Source: Acidobacteriota bacterium | GTDB taxonomy: Bacteria > Acidobacteriota > Vicinamibacteria > Vicinamibacterales > JACQTH01 | Direction: 5' to 3' | Length of the DNA stretch: 58,650 nucleotides | Assembly (NCBI GenBank): GCA_016178075.1 | Contig: JACOUA010000305.1 | Location: 1-58,650, forward strand | Shown: positions 1 to 8,440 of the stretch, in pieces | Layout: each line of letters starts with the position of its first letter | Numbering within the stretch: the stretch's first letter is position 1 | The notes under the pieces: model-generated | The model's database searches: none | The model's input: only the letters and a program-made list of their open reading frames with translations | Told to the model about the DNA's origin: nothing | Translations under genes and position numbers: made by a program

Positions 1-1
1 C

Positions 2-1120
2 GGTGTCGTCCTCATCCAGGACGGCAAGATTGCTGCGGTGGGCACCAGGGCGTCTGTACGGATCCCCCGAGGCATCCAAGCCATCGACTGTTCAGGATTG
101 ACGATCACAGCAGGGTTTTGGAACAGCCACGTCCACTTCCTCCAGAGAAAATGGGCTGATGCGGCAACTCTGCCGGCGTCGGAGCTCACTCGGCAGCTTC
201 AAGGCATGCTGACGCAGTATGGGTTTACGAGCGTGTTCGATACGTGGTCGATCTGGCAGAACACGTTGCGTCTTCGCGACCGCATCGAGTCTGGTGAGGT
301 ACCGGGCCCAAGGATTCGCTCCACCGGAGAAGCTCTGTTTGGAAAGGGCGTCATGACAACGGCGGCGGCCTGGGGGTCCCTCGGGTTTATGGGACTCGCC
401 GGATTCCAGACGGCCCGGGTGGGGGATGCGGCGGAAGCGCGTGCCGCTTCACAGAAGCTCCTGGACGCGGGTACCGACGGACTTAAGTTTTATGCAGCGA
501 CTCCTGGTCGGAGCGGTGTCGTTCTGCCCGAGAGTGCGATTGAGGCCGGGGTCAAAGAAGCCCACCGCAGAGGAAAACCTGTCTTCGCCCACCCGAGCAG
601 CGGAGCGGGTTTGCTGGCGTCGGTGCGAGCTGGAGTAGATGTATTGGCGCACACGACGCCACAGTCGGGCCCTTGGGACGAGAGCGTGCTGGCAACAATG
701 AAGCAAGCTGGAGTCGCCCTCATACCAACTCTGAAATTGTGGAAGTACGAGTTCCGTCATGAACGGATTTCACTTGCGGACGGCTTTGTGGAGACCGCTA
801 TCGGCCAGTTGCGAGCTTGGCTGGGCTCGGGAGGCGGGGTTCTATTCGGAACCGATGTCGGCTACATGAGTGAGTATGATCCGACCGAGGAATATGTCCT
901 CATGGCCGAGGTCGGCATGAGCTTCCGGCAGATTCTCGCTTCGCTGACAACCGCTCCCGCTGAACGATTCGGCGCATCTAAACAACTCGGACGGATCACC
1001 CCGGGCCTCGCCGCTGATCTCACGGTTCTGAGAAACGACCCTTCCAAGGACATCCGGGCGTTCGCGACCGTTCAGTACGCCCTACGGGACGGGAAGATCA
1101 TCTACCGTGTGCCGCGTTGA
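2..1120 (+). CDS. amidohydrolase family protein, 5' end cut by window edge
   Basis: ORF track gives 38..1120, but the frame stays open back to nt 2 (GVVLIQDGKIAAVG, a typical N-terminal strand of metal-dependent amidohydrolases). HVHF metal motif, VLAHTT, GTDVGY, and C-terminal GRITPGLAADLTVL..DGKIIY. Confidence 0.8.
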   Translation, partial: GVVLIQDGKIAAVGTRASVRIPRGIQAIDCSGLTITAGFWNSHVHFLQRKWADAATLPASELTRQLQGMLTQYGFTSVFDTWSIWQNTLRLRDRIESGEVPGPRIRSTGEALFGKGVMTTAAAWGSLGFMGLAGFQTARVGDAAEARAASQKLLDAGTDGLKFYAATPGRSGVVLPESAIEAGVKEAHRRGKPVFAHPSSGAGLLASVRAGVDVLAHTTPQSGPWDESVLATMKQAGVALIPTLKLWKYEFRHERISLADGFVETAIGQLRAWLGSGGGVLFGTDVGYMSEYDPTEEYVLMAEVGMSFRQILASLTTAPAERFGASKQLGRITPGLAADLTVLRNDPSKDIRAFATVQYALRDGKIIYRVPR

Positions 1121-1523
1121 TCGAGACCAATAACGCGCTCGATTTCGGACGCCGGGCTTCACGATGTCCATCCGACGGCAGCTCGCATTCTGGGCTGCGC
1201 GGCTGTCGCCGTTCGTACGGGGTGGCAGGTGGTACTGGACGTCGAGGAACGATGCGACTCCGTAGCTGATAACCTGCCGGCTGCAGCCGGGTGGATTCTG
1301 GCTTTCACCGGGCGGCTCAACAAGCCGCTGCAGCCGGCGAGCGGCGCGGACGCGCTCGGGTGATCAGACGGCGTGGTGGCGCCGCTCGCGGCTGAGCGCG
1401 AACCGTTGGGCGGATCGGCACTCGCAGGACGAGGCAGATTCTCGCCAGAGATATCGCGACCAATCACGAACCGGTTCAGACAGGATGCCGGTTGCATGAG
1501 ACGATCCGGGTTATACTTCTGGT

Positions 1524-1760
1524 ATGAAGACTGCTGTCTCAATTCCCGACGAGGTTTTTGAAAAAGTCGAACGACTGGCCCGGCGAGCGCGACGGTCTCG
1601 AAGCGAGGTTTTCAGTACCGCCCTTCGGGAATATGTGGCGCGCCACACTCCTGACGAAGTCACCGAAGCGATGGATCGTGTGTGCGCCGCGGTGAAAGAC
1701 GATCCCGACACCTTTGTCTCCGCCGCTGCTCGGCGCGCGCTGGAGCGGACCGAGTGGTAA
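1524..1760 (+). CDS. ribbon-helix-helix (CopG/MazE-like) type II antitoxin
   Basis: 78 aa. N-terminal MKTAVSIPDEVFEKVERLARRARRSRSEVFSTALREY is a classic RHH fold signature. The stop overlaps the GTG of the downstream PemK/MazF gene (GTGGTAA). Confidence 0.8.
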   Translation: MKTAVSIPDEVFEKVERLARRARRSRSEVFSTALREYVARHTPDEVTEAMDRVCAAVKDDPDTFVSAAARRALERTEW

Positions 1761-2098
1761 TCTCGCAAGGCGAGGTGTGGTGGGCGAGTCTGCCGGCGCC
1801 GACTGGGTCGGGACCGGGATTTCGCAGGCCGGTCGTGATCGTTCAGGGCGATCCCTTGAATCGAAGTCGGATCGCGACAGTCGTGTGTGTGCCGTTGACA
1901 AGCAATCTGACGTGGGCGGACGCTCCGGGTCATGTGCGGTTGTCCGCACGGAGCACGAACCTTCCGAAGGATTCGGTCGCCAAGGCATCACAGATCGTCG
2001 CACTCGACAAGGTGCTGCTGACGGATCGGGTCGGCAAGCTGTCCCGAGCGAAGGTCGAGCTACTGCTCGCGGGCATCGATGTCGTTCTTGGCCGATAG
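1754..2098 (+). CDS. mazF: PemK/MazF family type II toxin (endoribonuclease)
   Basis: VISQGEVWWASLPAPTGSGPGFRRPVVIVQGD...CVPLTSNL...PKDSVAKASQIVALDK matches the MazF/PemK family. GTG at 1754 overlaps the antitoxin stop. The track ORF 1682..2098 is the same frame with a longer, unlikely N-terminus. Confidence 0.85.
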   Translation: MVISQGEVWWASLPAPTGSGPGFRRPVVIVQGDPLNRSRIATVVCVPLTSNLTWADAPGHVRLSARSTNLPKDSVAKASQIVALDKVLLTDRVGKLSRAKVELLLAGIDVVLGR

Positions 2099-2246
2099 CT
2101 CGCCTGCGGCTTCTTCTGAGACGGGCCGCCCAACAGGGCGCTGCACCCGTCGGCGCCGCCCGCGCAACGTGCCGACTCGAGGCGGTCGTAGGCGCGGCGC
2201 CGCGGGTGAGCACCACGACGTTGCTGCTTGAATTCAAGAGAGAGGG

Positions 2247-2681
2247 ATGGACGAACGAGTTGCTAGGCTGGCAACACCCGAAGCCTGCGAACAGTTCGCT
2301 ATCAACGTCGAAGAGCGAGGCAAGCCGGAGTTGGCCCTTGCTGCTCGGCGAAGGGCAGTTGAACTCCGAGCGGCTGCGCACGGCGCAAGCACCGTCGCGG
2401 AGCGCGAGGCTCTGCAAGCGGTCTATGCATATGAACGGGTGTTGTCCACGAGGCATGGCCGTAAGACTCGAGCCTCGCGCACCTGGCAAATGATCGAACG
2501 CCGCGGCATCATCCCGGTGGTTGAGCACGTGGTCACACGAACTGCGGAATCCACCGGCTACACCGCTCTTGTGCAGATGGGCATGCAAGATATGGCGTTC
2601 GAAGCCGTAGTTCTTCGCCATCCGGATGTATTCAGCGCTGAAGCCGTTCCGCGCTCGAAGGAAAGGCTTGAGGCCCTCTGA
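2247..2681 (+). CDS. hypothetical protein (144 aa, no family recognised)
   Basis: Clean ORF with protein-like composition (RTWQMIERRGIIPVVEHVV, GMQDMAFEAVVL). GAGGG lies directly upstream of the ATG. I cannot assign a family. Confidence 0.55.
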   Translation: MDERVARLATPEACEQFAINVEERGKPELALAARRRAVELRAAAHGASTVAEREALQAVYAYERVLSTRHGRKTRASRTWQMIERRGIIPVVEHVVTRTAESTGYTALVQMGMQDMAFEAVVLRHPDVFSAEAVPRSKERLEAL

Positions 2682-2718
2682 TTCTCAGACTGGGCTGCAG
2701 TAACCAAACGGAACTCGC

Positions 2719-2991
2719 ATGCTGTACATGGTCATCGAAAACTTTCGGGGCGGGGATCCCATTCCGGTGTACCGGCGTTTCCGCGATCGAGGGCGCTTGA
2801 TGCCTAAAGGGATCGAGTATCGGGGAAGTTGGGTCACCGAGGATTTACGCCGCTGCTTCCAGATAATGGAATGTGAAGACCGGCGCCTGCTCGATCAGTG
2901 GATGGCAAACTGGGACGACATCACTGACTTCGAGGCCATCCCTGTTGTCACCTCTGCGGAGGCCGCAGCGGCGGTAGCTCCGCGGCTCTGA
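2719..2991 (+). CDS. DUF3303 family protein
   Basis: MLYMVIENFRGGDPIPVYRRFRDRGRLMPKGIEYRGSWV...CFQIMECEDRRLLDQWMANW fits the DUF3303 pattern. It has visibly more A/T-ending codons than neighbouring genes. Confidence 0.7.
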   Translation: MLYMVIENFRGGDPIPVYRRFRDRGRLMPKGIEYRGSWVTEDLRRCFQIMECEDRRLLDQWMANWDDITDFEAIPVVTSAEAAAAVAPRL

Positions 2992-3130
2992 AATACGAGC
3001 TGCGGTCTAACCGGCGTTTGCAGCCGACGACGGCTGGCGCGACAATGAGCCGCCGCGGCTGAAACCTCGCCGTTAATATGGCTGCCCGATTCACGTCGTA
3101 TTTTGAAGAGTGTCGAGAACGGGAGGACCC

Positions 3131-3979
3131 ATGATCCGCCGGTACGCAGCTGTCTCGCGCCGCCAGTTCCTGCAGGTGGGCGCCGTCGGAATCGCCGGCC
3201 CAGAGATGGCCAGTGCCGGTCTCTCGTTCGCGTTGCCAGGTGGACAGAGCCGCGCGCGAGTGAATCCCGAACTCACCTCGGTGAAGGCGCTGGTATTCGA
3301 CGTATTTGGCACTGTCGTCGATTGGCGTACACCCGTCACCCGTGAAGTAGAGGACCTGGCGAACCGGAAAGGCTTGAAGGTGGATGGAGCCACATTCGCC
3401 GACGCTTGGCGGGCACAGTACGGTCCGAGCATGAACCGCGTCCGAGCCGGCGAACTGCCCTGGATGAAGCTCGATCGGCTCCATCGGATGATCCTCGACA
3501 AGATTCTGATCGACTTCGGCATCGTCGGGTTGACCGAGGCCGAGACGGACGCGCTCAATCGCGCTTGGCATCGGCTACGGCCGTGGCCGGATACGCTGGC
3601 CGGTCTGAAGCGGCTGAAGAAGAGATTCATCCTCGCGCCGCTTTCGAATGGCAACATCTCGTTGATGACCGACTTGGCAAGACATGCAGGGTTGCCGTGG
3701 GACTGCATCCTGGGAGCAGAACTTGTCCGCCACTACAAGCCTGACCCTGAAGTGTACCAGTCCGCCGCAGACTATCTCGACGTCAAGCCACCCGAAGTCA
3801 TGATGGTCGCAGCGCACCTCGGTGATCTCCGCGCCGCTAAAGGTGTTGGTCTGAAGACAGCGTTCGTCGTCCGGCCGCTCGAATTTGGGCCGGGCGGAAG
3901 GCCTGCCCTGACAGCCGATTCGCCAGTCGACGCGTCGGCGAAGGACTTCAACGACCTGGCCGATCAATTGGGTGTGTAG
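3131..3979 (+). CDS. haloacid dehalogenase type II-like HAD hydrolase with twin-arginine signal peptide
   Basis: GGGAGGA 4 nt upstream of ATG 3131. N-terminus MIRRYAAVSRRQFLQVGAVGIAG..ASA carries a TAT motif (SRRQFL). HAD motif I is DVFGTVVDW, followed by LSNGN and later HAD motifs. Confidence 0.85.
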   Translation: MIRRYAAVSRRQFLQVGAVGIAGPEMASAGLSFALPGGQSRARVNPELTSVKALVFDVFGTVVDWRTPVTREVEDLANRKGLKVDGATFADAWRAQYGPSMNRVRAGELPWMKLDRLHRMILDKILIDFGIVGLTEAETDALNRAWHRLRPWPDTLAGLKRLKKRFILAPLSNGNISLMTDLARHAGLPWDCILGAELVRHYKPDPEVYQSAADYLDVKPPEVMMVAAHLGDLRAAKGVGLKTAFVVRPLEFGPGGRPALTADSPVDASAKDFNDLADQLGV

Positions 3980-3997
3980 ACGCAGCCGTGACGAGCC

Positions 3998-4447
3998 GTG
4001 ACCTGGAACCTCGACCGGATCGATCGTAGCATTGCGGCATTCATGCAGCAGTCGGGCACCACCGCGCTGCGGTGTTCGCTCGCTGTCATCTTCGTATGGT
4101 TTGGTGCCCTCAAGCCGCTGGGCCTCTCACCCGCGGCGGCGTTGGTGGAGTCAACCGTCGCGTGGTTGCCGTTCCTGTCGCCAAGCAGATGGGTCGCGAT
4201 AATCGGCTGGTGGGAGATCGCTATCGGCATCACGTTCTTGTTTCACAGGACGCTCCGACTCGCGATAGCGCTGCTGGCGGTGCAGATGATCGGAACATTC
4301 TTGCCGCTGGTCGTTCTGCCCCACGTGACGTTCCAAGCGGGCCGCGTGCCGTACGCGCCGACGATCGAAGGACAATACATCATCAAGAACCTGCTGATTA
4401 TCTCCGCGGCGCTGGTCGTCGGCGGGACGGTCCGAGAAAAGGCGTAG
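3998..4447 (+). CDS. DUF417/YkgB-like integral membrane protein
   Basis: GTG start. Four predicted TM helices. FVWFGALKPLG and a C-terminal YIIKNLLIISAALVVGG resemble YkgB/DUF417 architecture. The family call is tentative. Confidence 0.55.
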   Translation: MTWNLDRIDRSIAAFMQQSGTTALRCSLAVIFVWFGALKPLGLSPAAALVESTVAWLPFLSPSRWVAIIGWWEIAIGITFLFHRTLRLAIALLAVQMIGTFLPLVVLPHVTFQAGRVPYAPTIEGQYIIKNLLIISAALVVGGTVREKA

Positions 4448-4473
4448 CCGGCGCGGTGCGACGGGTCCGCGAT

Positions 4474-7400
4474 CTACTTCCCGCTGACCGGCTCGAGGCC
4501 GAGACGTTTCAGCTCCACATTGAGCGCCGCCAGATCCTTGCCGAGCACCTGCTGCAGCCGATCGGTCTGGACCTTCAGCTCCGCCGTCACATCCTTGAAG
4601 ATCGGATACGCGTTGGCCGTCGGCTTTCCCTCTCCGGTCAACACGACTCGTAGGAGTGAAGCGACTCGGTTGTTGATCTTGATCGGGAAGTTGAGCGGAT
4701 CCTGGTTGCTCCGGTTCCGCACCTGGTAGATCTCTTCTTCGACCGCGCTCAGGTTCTTCGTCAGCCAGCCGGTGGCCTCTTTGAGGCGCGCGTCCGACGA
4801 TTTCGCGAGGCGATCGTTCGCCTGCTGCCTCACCCGCCGAATCTGGATGACGGCAGTGTTCGCCTCGCTGACCTTGTCGCGAATCTGCAGCGCCAGATCG
4901 AACTGCTCCTTCAGATCGGCGTCGCTGGCGGCGCGAAACGGATGCCTTTTCACGATCAGCGGCTGCGTCTGGGCACGGCCGTCCACGGTCAGCCGGACCT
5001 GGTAGGTGCCGGGCAGCGCCGTCGGACCGTTCGTGGTCGCGCCCCAGAGAATCATGCCGGGGAAGGTCGTCGCCCCTTCGTACTGGACGTCCCACGTGAA
5101 CCGGTTCAGGCCCGCCGCCATCGACGTGGTCGGGGGACCCCCACGGCCGCCACGACCGCCCTCTTCACCGCCCGCTGGTCCCGCCTCCGCCGCACCGGCC
5201 TGTCCCCGTGCGGATTCGGCGCGGCCGGCTGCGGGAGCGTCACCACGGCCCGCCCCACCGCCGCGACCACCGCGACCGCGCTCGCCGGCAGGAGCCGCGC
5301 CTTGAATCGATCGGACGACCTGGCCTTTGGCGTCGAGGATTTCCAGCGACAGCTTCTCCGCCGGCTTCTTCAGCAGATACGTAATGGTCGCGCCCCCGGC
5401 CGAGCGAATCGCGTCGCCCGGCGTGAACAGATAGAAATCGGACGCGGCGGTCACCGCCGGCCCGTACTGGCGCAGCGGCCCAACGCTATCGAGGATGTAA
5501 AAGCCGCGGCCGTGCGTCGCGATCGTGATGTCGTTTGCCTCGACCCAGATATCGGAGACCTGCGTGTCGGGCAGGTTCAGCGACATCGACTCCCAGCGAT
5601 CGCCATCGTTGTACGAGATGTAGAAGCCGTGCTGGGTGCCTGCGTACAGGAGGCCGCGCCGCACGCGATCCTCGCGCACGACGTGCACGTAGTCGCTTGC
5701 CGGGATTCCCGTGACGACCTTTGTCCACGTCTTCCCGAAGTCATGGGTGCGGAAGATGTAGGGCGCAAAATCATTGAGCAGCGGCTTCTTGACGGCAACG
5801 TAGGCCGCGCCCGGATCGAACGCCGACGCGTCGATCTGGCTCACGCGCCCCAGGTCCGGCATCTCCGTCGGCGTCACGTTGGTCCAGGTCTTCCCGCCAT
5901 CCCGCGTCACCTGCACCACGCCGTCGTCCGATCCCGCCCAGAGAACGTTGACGTCGGTCTTCCCGGGCCCGAGCGCGAAGACAGTCGCGTAGACCTCAGG
6001 GCTGTTCATGTCGTGCGTGATCGGCCCGCCCGACTCGCCGAGCGTCTTCGGATCGTGGCGGGTGAGATCCGGGCTGATCTTCTCCCAGCTCTGCCCACCG
6101 TTGGTTGTCTTCCACACGTGCTGCGACGAGGTGTAGAGGACGGTCGAATCGACCGGTGAAAAGATGATCGGGTAGGTCCACTGCCAGCGCTCGACCAGCG
6201 CGCTCGCGGGCTCACCGGAGAAGAAGCGCGGATACGCGCCAACCTCCCGCAGCTCCCCCGTGCGCCGATCGAGCCGCGTCAGAAATGTTCCGTTGTTCGC
6301 CCCGGAATAGAACACGTCGGGATTCCTCGGATCGGGCGCGATATACCCGGGCTCCCCGCCTCCAGCCGCATACGGCGGCACAGCGCCGCCTCGCCCACCC
6401 CCGCCACCACCGCCGCCGCGCCCGCCAAGGTTCGTGTCGCTCGAGACGCACATCGTCGAGTTGTCCTGCTGCGCGCCGCAGACGTGATACGGCACGTGCC
6501 TAGTCGTGATCACGTGATAGAACTGGCCCGTCGGATAATCCTCATCGGACCAGGTCCGCGCCCCGTTGGTCGAGACGGCACCGCCACCGTCGTTCCCCAG
6601 GACGAGATGCTGCGAGTCGTCCGGGTCGATCCACATGTCGTGGTGATCGCCGTGGGTTCCGTTCCCGACCTGCGCCAGCGTCTTCCCGCCATCGGTCGAC
6701 CTGAACGCGCTCGTGTTGAGGGCGTACACAGTGTCCTTGTTGTTGGGATCGGCGAACACGTGCGTGTAGTAGAAGGCGCGCTGACGAATGCTCCGCTCGC
6801 CGTTCACCAGCGTCCAGGTCGCGCCGGCATTGTCGGAGCTGAACAGCCCGCCATTCTCGTTCTCGATGAGCGCGAACACGCGATTCGGATCCGCGCCGGA
6901 GATCGAGACGCTGATCTTGCCAACCGGTCCCTGCGGCAGCCCGGTGCTTCGCGTGATCTCGGTCCAGGTCTCGCCCTCATCCGTCGATTTGAACAGCCCG
7001 CTGCCCGGGCCGCCGCTCGACATCTGGTATTCGATGCGGTACGCCTCCCATAACGCGGCGAACATCACGCTCGGGTTCTTTCGATCGATCGCGACGTCGA
7101 TGGCGGCCGTCTTGTTGTCGCGGAACAGGGTCCGCTTCCAGGTCTTCCCGCCGTCGGTGCTCTTGTAGAGCCCCCGCTCGTCGTTCGGCGCGCCGTATCG
7201 CCCGAACGCGGCGACGAATACAACGTTGGGGTTCGTCGGATGGATCCGGATCTTCGAGATGTTCTGGGCGTCCGCGAAGCCGACATGTGTCCAGGTCTTG
7301 CCGGCGTCCGCTGATTTGTACACGCCATCGCCCGGCATGATGTTGCCGCGGATGCACGATTCACCCGTGCCGATGAAGACGACGTCGGGGTTCGACTCCG

Positions 7401-7752
7401 AGACGGCGACCGCGCCCACCGACGAGCTCTTGATCTGACCGTCGGTCACCGGTGCCCAGGTCTCCCCCGCGTCCGTCGTCTTCCACAGGCCTCCGCCGAC
7501 CGCGCCGAAGTACGCTTCCCTCGGTCGTCCCTTGACCCCCGACACCGCGATCGATCGACCGCCGCGGGCCGGGCCGATGCTGCGCCACTGGAAGCCTTTG
7601 AGCATTTCGGGATCGAGGCCGACCGCACTGGCCGGCGCGGCCTGGCTGATCCGCGCGCCGCGCGCGGCGCCGGCATCGAGGCTCCTCAGGGCAAGCGACG
7701 TCAGCAGGGCGGCGCCGACGCACACGACAAAACGACTCGACGCGCGGAACAT
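4474..7752 (-). CDS. secreted VPS10/sortilin-type BNR (Asp-box) repeat glycosyl-hydrolase-like protein
   Basis: 1092 aa. Signal peptide, AGGAGAA RBS, many SxDxGxTW Asp-boxes (TTDAGETW, SADAGKTW, STDGGKTW, STDEGETW, SDNAGATW, TRDGGKTW, THDFGKTW). Contains Gly/Arg-rich low-complexity inserts. Confidence 0.85.
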   Translation of the reverse strand: MFRASSRFVVCVGAALLTSLALRSLDAGAARGARISQAAPASAVGLDPEMLKGFQWRSIGPARGGRSIAVSGVKGRPREAYFGAVGGGLWKTTDAGETWAPVTDGQIKSSSVGAVAVSESNPDVVFIGTGESCIRGNIMPGDGVYKSADAGKTWTHVGFADAQNISKIRIHPTNPNVVFVAAFGRYGAPNDERGLYKSTDGGKTWKRTLFRDNKTAAIDVAIDRKNPSVMFAALWEAYRIEYQMSSGGPGSGLFKSTDEGETWTEITRSTGLPQGPVGKISVSISGADPNRVFALIENENGGLFSSDNAGATWTLVNGERSIRQRAFYYTHVFADPNNKDTVYALNTSAFRSTDGGKTLAQVGNGTHGDHHDMWIDPDDSQHLVLGNDGGGAVSTNGARTWSDEDYPTGQFYHVITTRHVPYHVCGAQQDNSTMCVSSDTNLGGRGGGGGGGGRGGAVPPYAAGGGEPGYIAPDPRNPDVFYSGANNGTFLTRLDRRTGELREVGAYPRFFSGEPASALVERWQWTYPIIFSPVDSTVLYTSSQHVWKTTNGGQSWEKISPDLTRHDPKTLGESGGPITHDMNSPEVYATVFALGPGKTDVNVLWAGSDDGVVQVTRDGGKTWTNVTPTEMPDLGRVSQIDASAFDPGAAYVAVKKPLLNDFAPYIFRTHDFGKTWTKVVTGIPASDYVHVVREDRVRRGLLYAGTQHGFYISYNDGDRWESMSLNLPDTQVSDIWVEANDITIATHGRGFYILDSVGPLRQYGPAVTAASDFYLFTPGDAIRSAGGATITYLLKKPAEKLSLEILDAKGQVVRSIQGAAPAGERGRGGRGGGAGRGDAPAAGRAESARGQAGAAEAGPAGGEEGGRGGRGGPPTTSMAAGLNRFTWDVQYEGATTFPGMILWGATTNGPTALPGTYQVRLTVDGRAQTQPLIVKRHPFRAASDADLKEQFDLALQIRDKVSEANTAVIQIRRVRQQANDRLAKSSDARLKEATGWLTKNLSAVEEEIYQVRNRSNQDPLNFPIKINNRVASLLRVVLTGEGKPTANAYPIFKDVTAELKVQTDRLQQVLGKDLAALNVELKRLGLEPVSGK

Positions 7753-7825
7753 AGCGGCTTCTCCTGAAAGAAAGACCGAAAAACGTTGAACGCCCGCTAC
7801 ACGCTACCCGCGGACGCCGGCGGGA

Positions 7826-8026
7826 TCAAGGGTTCGGGTCGGGCAGGCCCGCGACGTCATCATGGAAACCATCGAGCGCCGACATCTGGCGATCCTGCGC
7901 CTGCGACAGCGCCAGTAGCGCCACGGTGGCGCCAACGAGCGCCAGCGCCAAGGGATGGATGGCGGAGGCAACCAGCGCAATCAGAACCACGAGCGCGCCG
8001 GCCAGCGACACGTTCCGCGCATTCAA
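7826..8026 (-). CDS. possible small hydrophobic protein (66 aa)
   Basis: The C-terminal part of track ORF 7826..8413 is strongly hydrophobic (VSLAGALVVLIALVASAIHPLALALVGATVALLALS). A candidate TTG start overlaps the TGA of the upstream 137-aa ORF (TTGA). The start and even the reality of this ORF are uncertain. Confidence 0.3.
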   Translation of the reverse strand: MNARNVSLAGALVVLIALVASAIHPLALALVGATVALLALSQAQDRQMSALDGFHDDVAGLPDPNP

Positions 8027-8436
8027 GATTGAGACGGCGAGGGCGCCTGTGACTTCAGGATCTCGTCGATGAGGAACAGGTCCGTGAGGAGCGCGCGCAC
8101 GTGAATCGACGCGTTCAGGTTGTCGACGAGCTGCGAGCTGATACCCGGCTGCGCGAGGACGAGGTCGATCGAGGCGAGCGCGGCGCGGGCGTCGGCGTCC
8201 AGGACGCGCGCGAAGGCGTAATAGTGTTCGGCCGGCTTGAGCGCGTCCCGCTCGACGACGGCCGTCACGACCTCGCTCAGGCCGGTCAGCGCGGCGCGGC
8301 TCCGCCAGAGAAAGTCGCGGAGCTGCAAGCCGGTTGAACTGCCCTGGTCGGTGGGAAGGCCCTGGGCGGCGTAGGCGAGCATGAACTCGTAGCCTGCCTC
8401 GATGGTCTGGCAACGAGAGTCAAGCTCGCCTCTCAA
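8023..8436 (-). CDS. hypothetical protein (137 aa) co-transcribed with the Mo-hydroxylase/cytochrome b genes
   Basis: TTG start 4 nt after the cytochrome b stop. Composition is protein-like (IEAGYEFMLAYAAQG, VRALLTDLFLIDEILK). No family recognised. Confidence 0.5.
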   Translation of the reverse strand: MRGELDSRCQTIEAGYEFMLAYAAQGLPTDQGSSTGLQLRDFLWRSRAALTGLSEVVTAVVERDALKPAEHYYAFARVLDADARAALASIDLVLAQPGISSQLVDNLNASIHVRALLTDLFLIDEILKSQAPSPSQS

Positions 8437-8440
8437 CGTG

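Noticed and set aside
1121-1523. 127-aa minus-strand ORF (1159..1542) and shorter frames in the 400-bp gap
   Set aside because: No motif, a Ser/Ala/Pro-rich product, and overlap with the antitoxin start. I could not recognise any decayed gene by eye, so the region is left as unassigned non-coding sequence.
1539-2621. 360-aa minus-strand ORF spanning the toxin-antitoxin genes and the 144-aa ORF
   Set aside because: It is antisense to three plus-strand genes with recognisable families or cleaner composition. Its product is Arg/Ser/Pro/Ala-rich with no motif, as expected for a shadow frame in high-GC DNA.
7826-8413. 195-aa minus-strand ORF overlapping the 137-aa ORF
   Set aside because: The N-terminal two-thirds is Arg/Pro-rich shadow sequence in an alternative frame of the 137-aa ORF. 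Only the hydrophobic C-terminal 66 codons were kept, as a low-confidence feature.
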